Source of the DNA: Candidatus Levyibacteriota bacterium
GTDB taxonomy: Bacteria > Patescibacteriota > Microgenomatia > Levybacterales > UBA12049
DNA: 46,235 bases
Assembly: GCA_016432345.1 (NCBI GenBank)
Contig: CP066685.1
Location: 1-46,235 of the forward strand
Reading direction: 5' to 3'
Shown here: piece after piece, positions 28,300-37,569 of the stretch
Numbering within the stretch: position 1 is the stretch's first letter
Layout: each line of letters opens with the position of its first letter
Notes under the pieces: model-generated
The model's database searches: none
Seen by the model: the letters and a program-made list of their open reading frames with translations, nothing else
What the model was told of the DNA's origin: nothing
Position numbers and translations under genes: made by a program

Positions 28300-29090
28300 T
28301 CTTCAAGTCCGCCTAAACCCGTAATATGATATTGCTGCAGTATACCAAAAATCGAAAACGTATTCCAGTAGAGAGATAAACCAATCGGAAACGTGTAGGA
28401 AAAAAATCCAATCATCACTGGAAATATGTACATTGATTGCGACTGAAACATTGATGCAAAATCATCCTTGCCCGCCGTAGCCTTGGCGGAGGTGGGTTTG
28501 TTTTCTTGAGGTTTACTAAACATCATTTTAGACTGGATAAACTGCAATGCTCCTGTGCTTAATGGGATAAAAAGAGCAATAAGCGGCAATGTAGAAAAAA
28601 GATGCGATGGATTTTGTCCTAAAGGAATACCAAAAAATGTAGCATCCCAAGGATGAGTAAGTTTCAAAAAATCTGTATAAATAATTTTGCTATTTAACTC
28701 CGCCATGGCTCTTGTTGGATCAAGATTGATAACTTTGGTAAATGCAGGATATAATCCCCAAATAACAATACCCATCTGCACTATTGCAGACACACACCCT
28801 GATGCTGGGTTCACCCCATGCTCTTTATAAAGTTTCATTGTTTCTTGATGAATTCGGGTATTATCTCCCTTGTGTTTCTCTTTAAGATTTGAAATATGAG
28901 GATTAAGCTCTTGCATTTTCTTTGAGGCCCTAAGTTGAGAAGAAATCATTGGATACATAACAAGTCTTAAAAGAGCAGTCAGAATAACAATAGAAAAACC
29001 AAGAGCATAAGGAATATGCAAAAAAATCAGCGCGTGATAAATAGCAACAAGAATATTAAGCAATGGATAAACAAGTAATTGATCAAACAT
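28242..29090 (-). CDS. yidC: Membrane protein insertase YidC/Oxa1
   Basis: 'FSIVILTALLRLVMYP', 'LYKEHGVNPASGC', 'GLSLYW'. Confidence 0.95.
   Translation of the reverse strand: MFDQLLVYPLLNILVAIYHALIFLHIPYALGFSIVILTALLRLVMYPMISSQLRASKKMQELNPHISNLKEKHKGDNTRIHQETMKLYKEHGVNPASGCVSAIVQMGIVIWGLYPAFTKVINLDPTRAMAELNSKIIYTDFLKLTHPWDATFFGIPLGQNPSHLFSTLPLIALFIPLSTGALQFIQSKMMFSKPQENKPTSAKATAGKDDFASMFQSQSMYIFPVMIGFFSYTFPIGLSLYWNTFSIFGILQQYHITGLGGLEDWRKLWQNKTSLSAGKERQ
28253..28273. repeat. Short GC-rich palindrome within the jag/yidC overlap
   Basis: cc-tt-GCCTG-ccga-CAGGC-t-gg; encodes 'QPVGRQG' in Jag. Confidence 0.65.
28467..28496. repeat. GC-rich palindromic element in-frame in yidC
   Basis: cttg-cCCGCC-gtagcctt-GGCGG-aggtggg; encodes 'PTSAKATAGK'. 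Confidence 0.7.
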
Positions 29091-29298
29091 AACGCTTTGA
29101 AAAGGGTTGGCAGGATAAAATCCGCAGCAAAGATAAATATCCTCCTTTTATCATACCATAACGCGAGACTACGATTTTAGCATATTCAGAACAAGTAGGG
29201 GAGTACCGACATACAACAGGTGTTCCCAAAATCAAACGCGCTGGATATGAAATCACGCGTTGATACAAAACTATTCCAAAAATAAAAATGTGCTTCAT
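29083..29298 (-). CDS. yidD: Membrane protein insertion efficiency factor YidD
   Basis: 'CRYSPTCSEY', 'RILSCQPF'. Confidence 0.95.
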   Translation of the reverse strand: MKHIFIFGIVLYQRVISYPARLILGTPVVCRYSPTCSEYAKIVVSRYGMIKGGYLSLLRILSCQPFSKRYV

Positions 29299-29624
29299 GT
29301 CAACAACTTTTCTTTTCTAAAAATATTTTCCATATAATTAGATAGAGATGTAAAATCTTCGTTAATGGCGCTTTTTTTTAGACTAAAAAGCAGGTCGTAC
29401 CCTGACACTATTTTTTCGCGCATGTTTTCTACAAACAATCGCACCTTCCTTTTAACAGTATTTCTTACCACCGCTCTTTTATCGACTTTTTTGGAAACAA
29501 TAAACCCAAATCTGCTATAGAGAAGATTATTTTTAATATAACGCATGGTAAAAAATGGCGTATGAACAACAGAGGGATTTTGCAACCTACTTCTTGCGCT
29601 CAGACGGTATTTCCGTTTTAACAT
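29295..29624 (-). CDS. rnpA: Ribonuclease P protein component
   Basis: 'RFGFIVSKKVDKRAVVRNTVKRKVR'. Confidence 0.95.
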   Translation of the reverse strand: MLKRKYRLSARSRLQNPSVVHTPFFTMRYIKNNLLYSRFGFIVSKKVDKRAVVRNTVKRKVRLFVENMREKIVSGYDLLFSLKKSAINEDFTSLSNYMENIFRKEKLLT

Positions 29625-29625
29625 T

Positions 29626-29763
29626 CTATATTGTTAGTCTTTTTCGTTTTTTCTCTCGACGTCTTTTTAAAACCTTTTTTCCATCATGGGTTTTCATTCT
29701 GTTTCGAAAACCATGCTTTCTTTTTCGTTTGACCTTTTTAATCTTGGCTGTCATTTTCTCCAT
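29626..29763 (-). CDS. rpmH: 50S ribosomal protein L34
   Basis: Not in the ORF track. My translation is MEKMTAKIKKVKRKRKHGFRNRMKTHDGKKVLKRRREKKRKRLTI*, in the canonical position between rnpA and dnaA. Confidence 0.93.
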   Translation of the reverse strand: MEKMTAKIKKVKRKRKHGFRNRMKTHDGKKVLKRRREKKRKRLTI

Positions 29764-29836
29764 ATTTGGAGTATACCAAAAAAATCCTTACTTGTCATCC
29801 TGGAAAATTGATACATTCCTATCTACTTTATGCTTC

Positions 29837-29866
29837 TTGACAAAAAGTTATCCACATTATTATATT
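29837..29866 (+). promoter_or_regulatory. dnaA promoter containing a perfect DnaA box
   Basis: TTGACA at 29837-42, TTATCCACA at 29848-56, candidate -10 TATTAT/TATATT at 29858-66. Confidence 0.75.
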
Positions 29867-29883
29867 CCATATACATAAAACTT

Positions 29884-31251
29884 ATGGATAAAAATTTACC
29901 GGAGCTTTGGAAAATTGTACTTGGCGAGATAGAAACAGAAGCATCTCGTGCTCAGTTCTTAACTTTTTTTAAAAAAAGCTTACTAGTATCACTAGATGAC
30001 AAAATTGCAACTATAGCAATACAATCTTCGATTGGCATTGATCTTTTAAAAAAAAGATTTTCAGGCATTATTAAAAAAACATTATCAAAACATACAAGCA
30101 AAGACTACATACTCGCCTTTGTCGCAAAAACAATTCCAGATACCAAAATCAACACAGACGCGCCATTGTTTTCTCAAGAAGAAACTTCTCCTATTATTGC
30201 TCCAAAACCTCTTTCTAAGCCTCTCTTTCGTGTTAGAAGTGAATTTAGCTTTGCCACTATGGCTGTTTCATCAAGTAATCAACTGGCTTTTGTCTCTGCT
30301 CAAACTGTGGCTAAAAATTTAGGCCACTCATATAACCCGCTTTTTATCTATGGGCCTGTGGGGGTAGGCAAAACCCATCTGATGCAAGCCATTGCCAACG
30401 AGGTCTATGAAAAAGACTCTGAAAAAAAAATTATTTATATAACAAGTGAAGAATTTACCAACGAAGTTGTTGAGGCAATACGAGGCAACGATACCTCTCG
30501 GATGAAAAAACGTTTTCGAAGCGCAGATCTTTTAATTATTGATGATGTCCAGTTTATTGCAGGCAAGGATAGGGTACAAGAGGAGCTTTTTCATACCTTT
30601 AATATTCTTATTGATAAAACAGCCCAGGTTGTTTTATCTTCCGATCGGCCGCCACATGAAATTAAAAAATTAGAAACTCGGCTTTCTTCACGATTTGCCG
30701 CAGGACTGACTGTTGATATTGAAACACCTGATTTTGAACTTAGAACCGCTATTTTACTAATTAAAGCCAAAAAATATAATGTGGTTTTACCAATTAACGA
30801 AGCCAAACTTATTGCGGAGAAGACACTTGATGCCAGAAGTTTAGAAGGAGTACTGCTTCGGATTATTACCGAAGCCAAAACAAACGGGGAATTAATTTCA
30901 GAAAATCTTATCTCACGAGTTTTGAACGCCCACAAAAAAGAAGAACACCTCCATCTGCACCCAAACGACATTATTAACAAAGTGTGCGCTTATTACAATC
31001 TAAAACCAACCCAAATAAAAGGCCCCAAAAGAGATGCTGGTTTAGTTAGAGCACGACAAATTGCCATGCTACTTTTAAAACAAGAGCTTAGATTAACATT
31101 TTCAGAAATAGGTAATATCTTAGGCGGGAGAGATCACACTACAATTATGTATGGTGTGGAAAAACTTGAGAAGCTGTTATCCACCAAAGATGTAAGCCAA
31201 TCACCGCTTTCTATGGATATTATGGGGATAAAACAAATATCTCTTGGGTAA
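29884..31251 (+). CDS. dnaA: Chromosomal replication initiator DnaA
   Basis: YNPLFIYGPVGVGKTHL, LLIIDDVQF, SDRPP, LSSRF, GGRDHTTIMYG. ATG at 29884 is preferred. Confidence 0.98.
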   Translation: MDKNLPELWKIVLGEIETEASRAQFLTFFKKSLLVSLDDKIATIAIQSSIGIDLLKKRFSGIIKKTLSKHTSKDYILAFVAKTIPDTKINTDAPLFSQEETSPIIAPKPLSKPLFRVRSEFSFATMAVSSSNQLAFVSAQTVAKNLGHSYNPLFIYGPVGVGKTHLMQAIANEVYEKDSEKKIIYITSEEFTNEVVEAIRGNDTSRMKKRFRSADLLIIDDVQFIAGKDRVQEELFHTFNILIDKTAQVVLSSDRPPHEIKKLETRLSSRFAAGLTVDIETPDFELRTAILLIKAKKYNVVLPINEAKLIAEKTLDARSLEGVLLRIITEAKTNGELISENLISRVLNAHKKEEHLHLHPNDIINKVCAYYNLKPTQIKGPKRDAGLVRARQIAMLLLKQELRLTFSEIGNILGGRDHTTIMYGVEKLEKLLSTKDVSQSPLSMDIMGIKQISLG

Positions 31252-31388
31252 TTTTAGTAAGAAACAAGATATAAACAAGAAATACCCATTTTTATTAACA
31301 GGTTATCTACATTTTTTTAGGCATTCGTTCTTGCTTTTTTCCACTTTTCCTATTACACTACTAAAACTACAAAGAAATATATTGTTGT
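31155..31388. other. Probable oriC (end of dnaA and the dnaA-dnaN spacer)
   Basis: DnaA-box-like 9-mers: TGTGGAAAA 31155, TTATCCACC 31177, TTATTAACA 31292, TTATCTACA 31303, TTTTCCACT 31337. AT-rich spacer. By eye the + strand changes from C-rich to G-rich near here. Confidence 0.7.
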
Positions 31389-32507
31389 ATGAAACTGCAA
31401 GTTTTATCTGAATATCTACAAAAAAAACTTCCTTTTGTTTTTAAAGCAATATCATCTCGTACACAACTACCAGTATTGCAAAACATGTTGCTTCAGGCAA
31501 GAAATGGAAAATTACAAATAAGCGGTACAGATTTAGAAATAGGAATTACTGTTTATATAACAGCAAATATAGAGGAAGAAGGGGAAGTAACTATTCCAGC
31601 AAAATCATTTTTAGAGCTTGTTAATACATTACCGCTGGAAAAAGTAACACTTGAAACAAAAGATCAAACACTTATTATTGTAACTAAAAATACAAAAAGT
31701 GTATTTCAGACAATAACCGCTGATGAGTTCCCAAAACTCTACGAAGAAAAAGGGCAAGAAGTAGCAAAACTTAACAAAAAAGATTTGCAAAAAGCCTTAT
31801 CTTATGTTTTGTTTGCGGCAAGTATAGATACTACAAGAGCAGCGCTTTCTGGAATTTATGTTAAAAAAGACGAGGAAGATGAGAAGAAGTTTTTTTTCGT
31901 TACCACAGACGGATATAGGTTATCTTTAAAATATAACACTATCCCATTTCGTATAGAAAAACCACTACTTATTTCGGCCAGAGTCTTAAAAGAAGTGATG
32001 ATGTTAAAAAATGGGGAAGATGAGAATATAAAAATATTTATGATAGAAAAATCAAACCAGGTATTATTTGAAGACGGGGATACAATTATTGTTGGAAGAC
32101 TTATTGAAGCACAATTTCCTGTTTACGAAAAAATTATTCCCCAGGAGGTTTTAACAAAAGCCACATTTGACAGAGTTGATTTGGTAAAAGCTGTTAAGAT
32201 GTGTTCTATTTTTGCTAGGGAATCGGCCAATATTGTTAAGTTTTCTGTAACTCAAGACGCAATTATTGTGTCTGCCAATGCTCCTCAAACTGGAGAAAAC
32301 ACAGTTACTGTCGAGGCAAAAGTTACGGGAGATGATAATGAAATTGCCTTTAACGCCCGCTATCTTTTGGAACTTTTAGGAACTATCGAAGAAGAGGAAA
32401 TGGTAGTTGAGATGACCAATCCAACCAGTCCAGGAGTGTTTAAAATTAAAGGAGACCCCACATTTCTCCACCTCATAATGCCAATTCGAGTGCAGACAGA
32501 GGTATAA
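31389..32507 (+). CDS. dnaN: DNA polymerase III beta sliding clamp
   Basis: 'SGTDLEIG', 'TTDGYRLS', 'GRLIEAQFP', 'IAFNARYL', 'HLIMPIRV'. Confidence 0.97.
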   Translation: MKLQVLSEYLQKKLPFVFKAISSRTQLPVLQNMLLQARNGKLQISGTDLEIGITVYITANIEEEGEVTIPAKSFLELVNTLPLEKVTLETKDQTLIIVTKNTKSVFQTITADEFPKLYEEKGQEVAKLNKKDLQKALSYVLFAASIDTTRAALSGIYVKKDEEDEKKFFFVTTDGYRLSLKYNTIPFRIEKPLLISARVLKEVMMLKNGEDENIKIFMIEKSNQVLFEDGDTIIVGRLIEAQFPVYEKIIPQEVLTKATFDRVDLVKAVKMCSIFARESANIVKFSVTQDAIIVSANAPQTGENTVTVEAKVTGDDNEIAFNARYLLELLGTIEEEEMVVEMTNPTSPGVFKIKGDPTFLHLIMPIRVQTEV

Positions 32508-32511
32508 TTTT

Positions 32512-32967
32512 TCACTCGGGAGTAACAACCCAATTAAATTGATAAATGGTTGTATCTATTCCTAATTTTTTTAATTGGAATAAAATAACTTTTTTGTAAG
32601 CATCTACTTGTTGGTTTATAGATGTAGCGGTATCCTTTTTAGGATAGATTTTTCCAACAAATTTTTTTTCGTCTAGATCAAAATAAACAAAATAATTATC
32701 CTCTTGAAGAGGAAAATTGTTGTACCATGGATAATTTTTATTTATATCTTTTTGCCAATCAGAAAACTTTTTGTCGCCCTCTGTTTGAAGTTTTAATTGG
32801 TAGTCGATAGGGGGAGTTTTACTTATAGGAACAAAAAATGTAGGAGTTGGGTTTGGTACGGGAGATGATGGTTGACTAGTTGGTAATTTTATAAAATATA
32901 TTGAAATTAGGTATATAGAAAAAGGGACAATGATCAAAACAGTGATAATGGTTATTTTTTTAAACAT
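32512..32967 (-). CDS. Hypothetical membrane-anchored protein
   Basis: N-terminal TM segment, Pro-rich linker, small soluble domain; last gene of the virB4 operon. Confidence 0.6.
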   Translation of the reverse strand: MFKKITIITVLIIVPFSIYLISIYFIKLPTSQPSSPVPNPTPTFFVPISKTPPIDYQLKLQTEGDKKFSDWQKDINKNYPWYNNFPLQEDNYFVYFDLDEKKFVGKIYPKKDTATSINQQVDAYKKVILFQLKKLGIDTTIYQFNWVVTPE

Positions 32968-32974
32968 ATTATTT

Positions 32975-35242
32975 TTATTTTATTGTTCCAAAACCAACTA
33001 AAGTATAACGTTGATTTTTAACCTCCCAATCGACAATTGGGTAAAGTTGTATTTTTGCATTAGTATTAGCGTCGTATGTTTCTAAAAAACCGTTTCCTCT
33101 AGGGTCAATGCTTTTAAATTTAATTATAGCAACATGCTCATTACCTGTAAAAATACCTGGTTGTGATTCAGAAAAAATTGTAAAACCAGGGGTAATAGTT
33201 GACAAGATATTTTTGTGATCATCATTAAGATAATCAAGATGTGTATATCCGGGAGTGCTTTTCCAAAAATTCCTCATGGAAATTACTGCTTGGTGATCTA
33301 ATCCAAGACCAGTTTTACCAGCTAGATTAAAGGCATCAATAACAAGATTTGTACACCAATAAAGGCCACGTGGACTAGTATTTATAAATTCTCCTGTTCG
33401 TGTTGTAGCAGTATAGGAGCCATTAGTAATATTTGCGGTCATCTTATTAAAATCACCAATTGGTCCTTCTTCTAAAACATCATTTATTTTGCTTGTCCAG
33501 TCAAGTATGTTTTTCGCATCTCCAGTTACAGGTAGCTGCGCTGTTAAAGCTGGCTGTTTTTGCTGGCAGTTTTGAAAATCTTTCCATACCTCATCACAAT
33601 AATTAAAAGATCCATACTCACATCTGGTAAAATAGCTGGTAATAACATTAGTAATCTCGTCTTTTGTTGGTGATTGAGTTAATCCGTCAGTTTTGAGTTT
33701 TTGGGCTGCGATATCTAAATTTTCAGTGATACTACATAGATTTTCTCCTTCATGGTAAATGTCTAATAGTTGCATAAGTCCAATTGCTGTAGCATCTTTG
33801 CCACCAATTTTTTTCTCGTCATCGGTACATTTTGGATCTTCACCATTTTTCCTTTCCACTCTATTAGCATTTATTACACAGAAGGTTTCGCCACGATTAC
33901 AAAAAGAATTGTCTTTAATTTCAATATCAGTATCAGTTTTATTAGCGGCGAAGCTTTGATTTTCATGCATAGCAACGCTGGCAAGGACAGATGAAGGAAT
34001 TCCTGCTTTGTTTGCGGCATCAGTAATCCATCCTTGCAAAATAGAGCTTTTAATTGGTCTTAATGAATTAGATTTAGTAAATTGACAGCTTGTTACATTT
34101 GATGATCCGCCTGCTTCATTTGGGGAGGCTTCGAGAGTTGTTGCTTCTCCTCCAATCACTCCAAAGACAATAGCAAATGTAATAACAGAAATAATAAGAA
34201 TCGGTATAATGACTGCAGCAGCAGATTGTATTGCGGCATTTTTAGCAAGGTTAGTAAGCGGATTACCGCTTAATCCATTTCGTATGGCATTTCCAATACC
34301 TCCTCCTGGTATTGGAGGCCTTCTTATTGATAGTGGGTTAGGGGGTATGCCTCTGGAATTTGTCGGAGAAGATATGCGGGGAATGGGAGGTGAGATAATT
34401 AGTGATTGCTGTTGTAAAATTGGTTGTGGTGGTTTTGGGGATGGTTGTAGTACGACTCTTTCTTCAACCCGTGCAACCGCTACTTTTATTTCTTCGTGTT
34501 TTGTAGTATATGCTGTTGCTTTTTCTGGATGTTGTTCTGCAAATCGTTCCCAATGAGCAGTTTCTACCTGCTTTTTAATTTGTTCAACGGTGATTCCTGG
34601 ATTTTGTTTTGTGAGTAATTCATGGCGTACTTGTGTGTGTAATTCAATTTCCTCCTGGTGCCAAATAAATGTCGGGTCCTGACGAGGATCATCATAGACT
34701 TTTTTTCTTTCTTCACTATATTGCTTCCATAACGTTTCATGTTTTGTTTTAAATTCTTCTTCGGTATTGCTAAACAATGTCGGGGCGCTGGGGTTTTCTA
34801 AAGAGCCGTAGCGGTAATCAATCCACTCTTTGCTGCTTGTGTCTTTTTCAGGATGATCTTTAAGCCAGGCATTAGCTTTTTCATTAAGGATGCGTTTAAA
34901 GTGAGGGTCTTCTTCTAAGATTTTTGGATGTTCTCGAGAAAAAAGTCCTCCTAAAAATCCCAGCGCAGCAAGAACATCTGGAACATTATGGTTGTCAACA
35001 TGCCCTGTTTGTTTTATTTGTTTTTCTTCATGTTGTTGTCGGAGATAAAAATACGCATCTTGGATTTCTTTGCCAACCCAAATATCGGTATTAATATTTC
35101 CATGCGTGTTTGCCCAGGCGACGAATTCTTGTTTAAGTACGAAATGCGAAACATCTGGATGTTGACTTACAAACACAAACCACCTTTTTGCTAATTTATC
35201 AGCCTCCTGCGATTGTGTTTTAATATAATTTTCAATGTTCAT
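32975..35242 (-). CDS. Membrane-anchored peptidoglycan hydrolase-like protein (SLT-like plus CHAP/NlpC-like domains)
   Basis: Central TM helix; 'AGIPSSVLASVAMHEN...AIGLMQL' (lytic transglycosylase-like); 'YWCTNLV...EHVAII' (Cys/His pair). Confidence 0.65.
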   Translation of the reverse strand: MNIENYIKTQSQEADKLAKRWFVFVSQHPDVSHFVLKQEFVAWANTHGNINTDIWVGKEIQDAYFYLRQQHEEKQIKQTGHVDNHNVPDVLAALGFLGGLFSREHPKILEEDPHFKRILNEKANAWLKDHPEKDTSSKEWIDYRYGSLENPSAPTLFSNTEEEFKTKHETLWKQYSEERKKVYDDPRQDPTFIWHQEEIELHTQVRHELLTKQNPGITVEQIKKQVETAHWERFAEQHPEKATAYTTKHEEIKVAVARVEERVVLQPSPKPPQPILQQQSLIISPPIPRISSPTNSRGIPPNPLSIRRPPIPGGGIGNAIRNGLSGNPLTNLAKNAAIQSAAAVIIPILIISVITFAIVFGVIGGEATTLEASPNEAGGSSNVTSCQFTKSNSLRPIKSSILQGWITDAANKAGIPSSVLASVAMHENQSFAANKTDTDIEIKDNSFCNRGETFCVINANRVERKNGEDPKCTDDEKKIGGKDATAIGLMQLLDIYHEGENLCSITENLDIAAQKLKTDGLTQSPTKDEITNVITSYFTRCEYGSFNYCDEVWKDFQNCQQKQPALTAQLPVTGDAKNILDWTSKINDVLEEGPIGDFNKMTANITNGSYTATTRTGEFINTSPRGLYWCTNLVIDAFNLAGKTGLGLDHQAVISMRNFWKSTPGYTHLDYLNDDHKNILSTITPGFTIFSESQPGIFTGNEHVAIIKFKSIDPRGNGFLETYDANTNAKIQLYPIVDWEVKNQRYTLVGFGTIK

Positions 35243-35249
35243 CTTCTCC

Positions 35250-35277
35250 CTTAATACATACTACTTGCTACTAACTA
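35250..35277 (-). repeat. Four-heptad TAG unit providing the virB4 stop codon
   Basis: tagttag|tagcaag|tagtatg|tattaag. Confidence 0.85.
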
Positions 35278-37564
35278 CTTTTTCTTCCTGTTTTTGTAGA
35301 ATTTCTTGTGGGTTAGAGGTAATAAGTTCATGCTCAAAAGGGGCGGCGACAATTTTTATGGCCACATGATTTTGCCCGGCAAAAAAAAGCCCCTCTCCAA
35401 TATTTGAGGCCAAAAGCAATTGTCTTTCTCCTTGGGAAAGAAAAAAGGTTTTACTAACAATATCAATTTCCGATGCGCCTTGTTTAAGAAGAATTTGTAA
35501 TGAAGAATTAGACAAAACAGCTTTTCCATAATCGGTGGATAAGAAATCTTCCACATCTTGTGTGGCTGTTGTTAAACCTAAATAGTATTTTCGAGCCCTT
35601 TTGGCAATGCCATAGACAAAGGAGGCGCTGTCTTCGTATTTCATCATGTACCAGGCCTCGTCCAAAATAAGCAGGCGTTTTTTAAGATTTTTTCGAATGC
35701 GCGTCCAGACGAAATCCAAAATAATATGCATGGTAATTGGTCGAAGCTGGTCTTCAAGTGTTTTAAGAGAAAACACGGTTAACGGATTTGTGATATCTAT
35801 ATTTGATTGTTGGTTAAATATGCCAGCCAGACTTCCTTTAATAAATTTTTCCAGTCTTAGCGCTAGTTCTTTAGCGTTTTCATCTTCCATACCCAAAAGC
35901 ACTTTATACAAATCTTCCATCAAAGGCGGCTCTTTATTTTGAGTTTTAGGGTCTTGGGTAATACCTTTTTGTTGATATGTTTGTACTAAAGCCCTATCTA
36001 AAATTGCATCGTGTGAAGCGTCAAGGTTGCCCATAACAATTTTTAAAAGCGCGTGTAAGGAGAGAATTTTAAGCCCCAGTTCATTTTCGCCCTCTGTGTA
36101 AAGTCCAGACAAATCAAACGGATTTATTTTTATTGGAGAAGAGGGAGTAAAACTTAAATATTCACCTTGTAAGGCTTTAGTTAAATTTTCGTATTCTCCT
36201 TCTGGGTCAAGAATTATTACTTCTGTTCCCAACATAAATTGTCGCAACACCTCAAGTTTAATAAAGTACGATTTTCCAGATCCTGATTTTCCAAAAACCA
36301 CCTCGTTGGCATTTTCCAGAGAAAATCTGTCAAAAACAACTAAAGAGCTGTTTTGTAAATTAACACCATATAATATTCCTTTATCTTGGGTAAGCATGGC
36401 CGAGGTAAAAGGAAACATGGAGGCAAGAGATGTTGTGTCCATATTGCGGGTCATAAAAAGTTTATCCTGACCTAGGGGGATAGTTGTTTTAAGCCCTTCT
36501 TCTGTTTGCAGTGTAGTCGGCTTGGCAAGAACAAGCAAGCTGGCTAGAGTGGATAGAAGGCGTTTGACAGCGCTATCTAAGTCCTGTTCGTTTTCGGAAG
36601 TTAGAGTAACATAAAGACTAAAAAGAAAAAATCGCTCCAGTCCTTTGGCCAATTCTTCCTGCAGTCCCAGCGCGTCTTCCAGAGCTGCTGTTACTGTGGG
36701 ATCAACAACTTTACCTTTTTCTGCTTGGCTGGAGATGGTTACTTCCATTTCGGCGATTTTACGCCGAAGATCGGAAAGAATATCGGGAGATGAGGCAGGG
36801 TAAATAAACATCGCAATATCAAGTTCATGATCAAAATCAATTAAAGGCGAGAGCCAATTAGAAGAAACATAGCGTGGATAGCCGACAATAAAAAAAGTTC
36901 TGGCAATTTTTGTGCCAATCTTAATAGATTTAAAATCAACTTCAATAGAAGAAGGAGCAATAAGGTCAACAACAGAGTTTTTAGGATTTTGAGTGTTTAA
37001 GGCTGTGCTATGCTCATCGTTGTAAATGCTGTAGAAAATTTTCATAAGGCTTTCTTTTTCGGCAATTTTACTTCGAAGCCCCAAGCGTCCAAACTGCGAC
37101 AGCACAGATTCTGCTTTGGTATGCAAAGCCGCCTTGGCAGAAAGAAAAAAATCCTCTTTTTTAAGAGTAGTTCCGACAACACTTTTCTCCAGAGATGAGT
37201 AAGACAAGACAATGTAAAATGTTTTATCAAGTACTGTATTTATCTTAATAAGGTCTTGAACAAATAAGCGGTATTTTTTAAGATAATCAGTTTGTTTTTC
37301 TGCATCAAGACGTTTTATGTAAGATGAGACATCAACGCGTTTGTTGCGAATAACAATTTGGACCGGAAAAGAAAGCGAATTAAGAAACGAGGCAAAAGCA
37401 AAAATTTTTGCTTGTTTTTCCTCGGGGGAGAGAAGTGAAAAATTTGTGGCCTGTACTTCTATAAGCAAACAAGCATTGCCGTTTGTTAAAAGTACGATAT
37501 CCTCTTGAATATCTTTTATTTCAGTAAACTTTTGAGTGGACGCGCGAATTTTTTGGGCAGCCAT
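35261..37564 (-). CDS. virB4: VirB4/TraC-like secretion ATPase
   Basis: Walker A GKSGSGKS, 'ILDPEGEY', 'INPFD', Walker B 'LILDEAW', 'KRARKY'. Confidence 0.9.
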   Translation of the reverse strand: MAAQKIRASTQKFTEIKDIQEDIVLLTNGNACLLIEVQATNFSLLSPEEKQAKIFAFASFLNSLSFPVQIVIRNKRVDVSSYIKRLDAEKQTDYLKKYRLFVQDLIKINTVLDKTFYIVLSYSSLEKSVVGTTLKKEDFFLSAKAALHTKAESVLSQFGRLGLRSKIAEKESLMKIFYSIYNDEHSTALNTQNPKNSVVDLIAPSSIEVDFKSIKIGTKIARTFFIVGYPRYVSSNWLSPLIDFDHELDIAMFIYPASSPDILSDLRRKIAEMEVTISSQAEKGKVVDPTVTAALEDALGLQEELAKGLERFFLFSLYVTLTSENEQDLDSAVKRLLSTLASLLVLAKPTTLQTEEGLKTTIPLGQDKLFMTRNMDTTSLASMFPFTSAMLTQDKGILYGVNLQNSSLVVFDRFSLENANEVVFGKSGSGKSYFIKLEVLRQFMLGTEVIILDPEGEYENLTKALQGEYLSFTPSSPIKINPFDLSGLYTEGENELGLKILSLHALLKIVMGNLDASHDAILDRALVQTYQQKGITQDPKTQNKEPPLMEDLYKVLLGMEDENAKELALRLEKFIKGSLAGIFNQQSNIDITNPLTVFSLKTLEDQLRPITMHIILDFVWTRIRKNLKKRLLILDEAWYMMKYEDSASFVYGIAKRARKYYLGLTTATQDVEDFLSTDYGKAVLSNSSLQILLKQGASEIDIVSKTFFLSQGERQLLLASNIGEGLFFAGQNHVAIKIVAAPFEHELITSNPQEILQKQEEKVVSSK

Positions 37565-37569
37565 AAAAT

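Noticed and set aside
29555-29878. 107-aa plus-strand ORF upstream of dnaA
   Set aside because: It is the antisense shadow of rpmH and rnpA, which are clearly the real genes.
32509-32524. Small palindrome TTCACTCGGGAGTAA between dnaN and the convergent ORF
   Set aside because: The stem is only 4-5 bp; too weak to call a terminator or repeat element.
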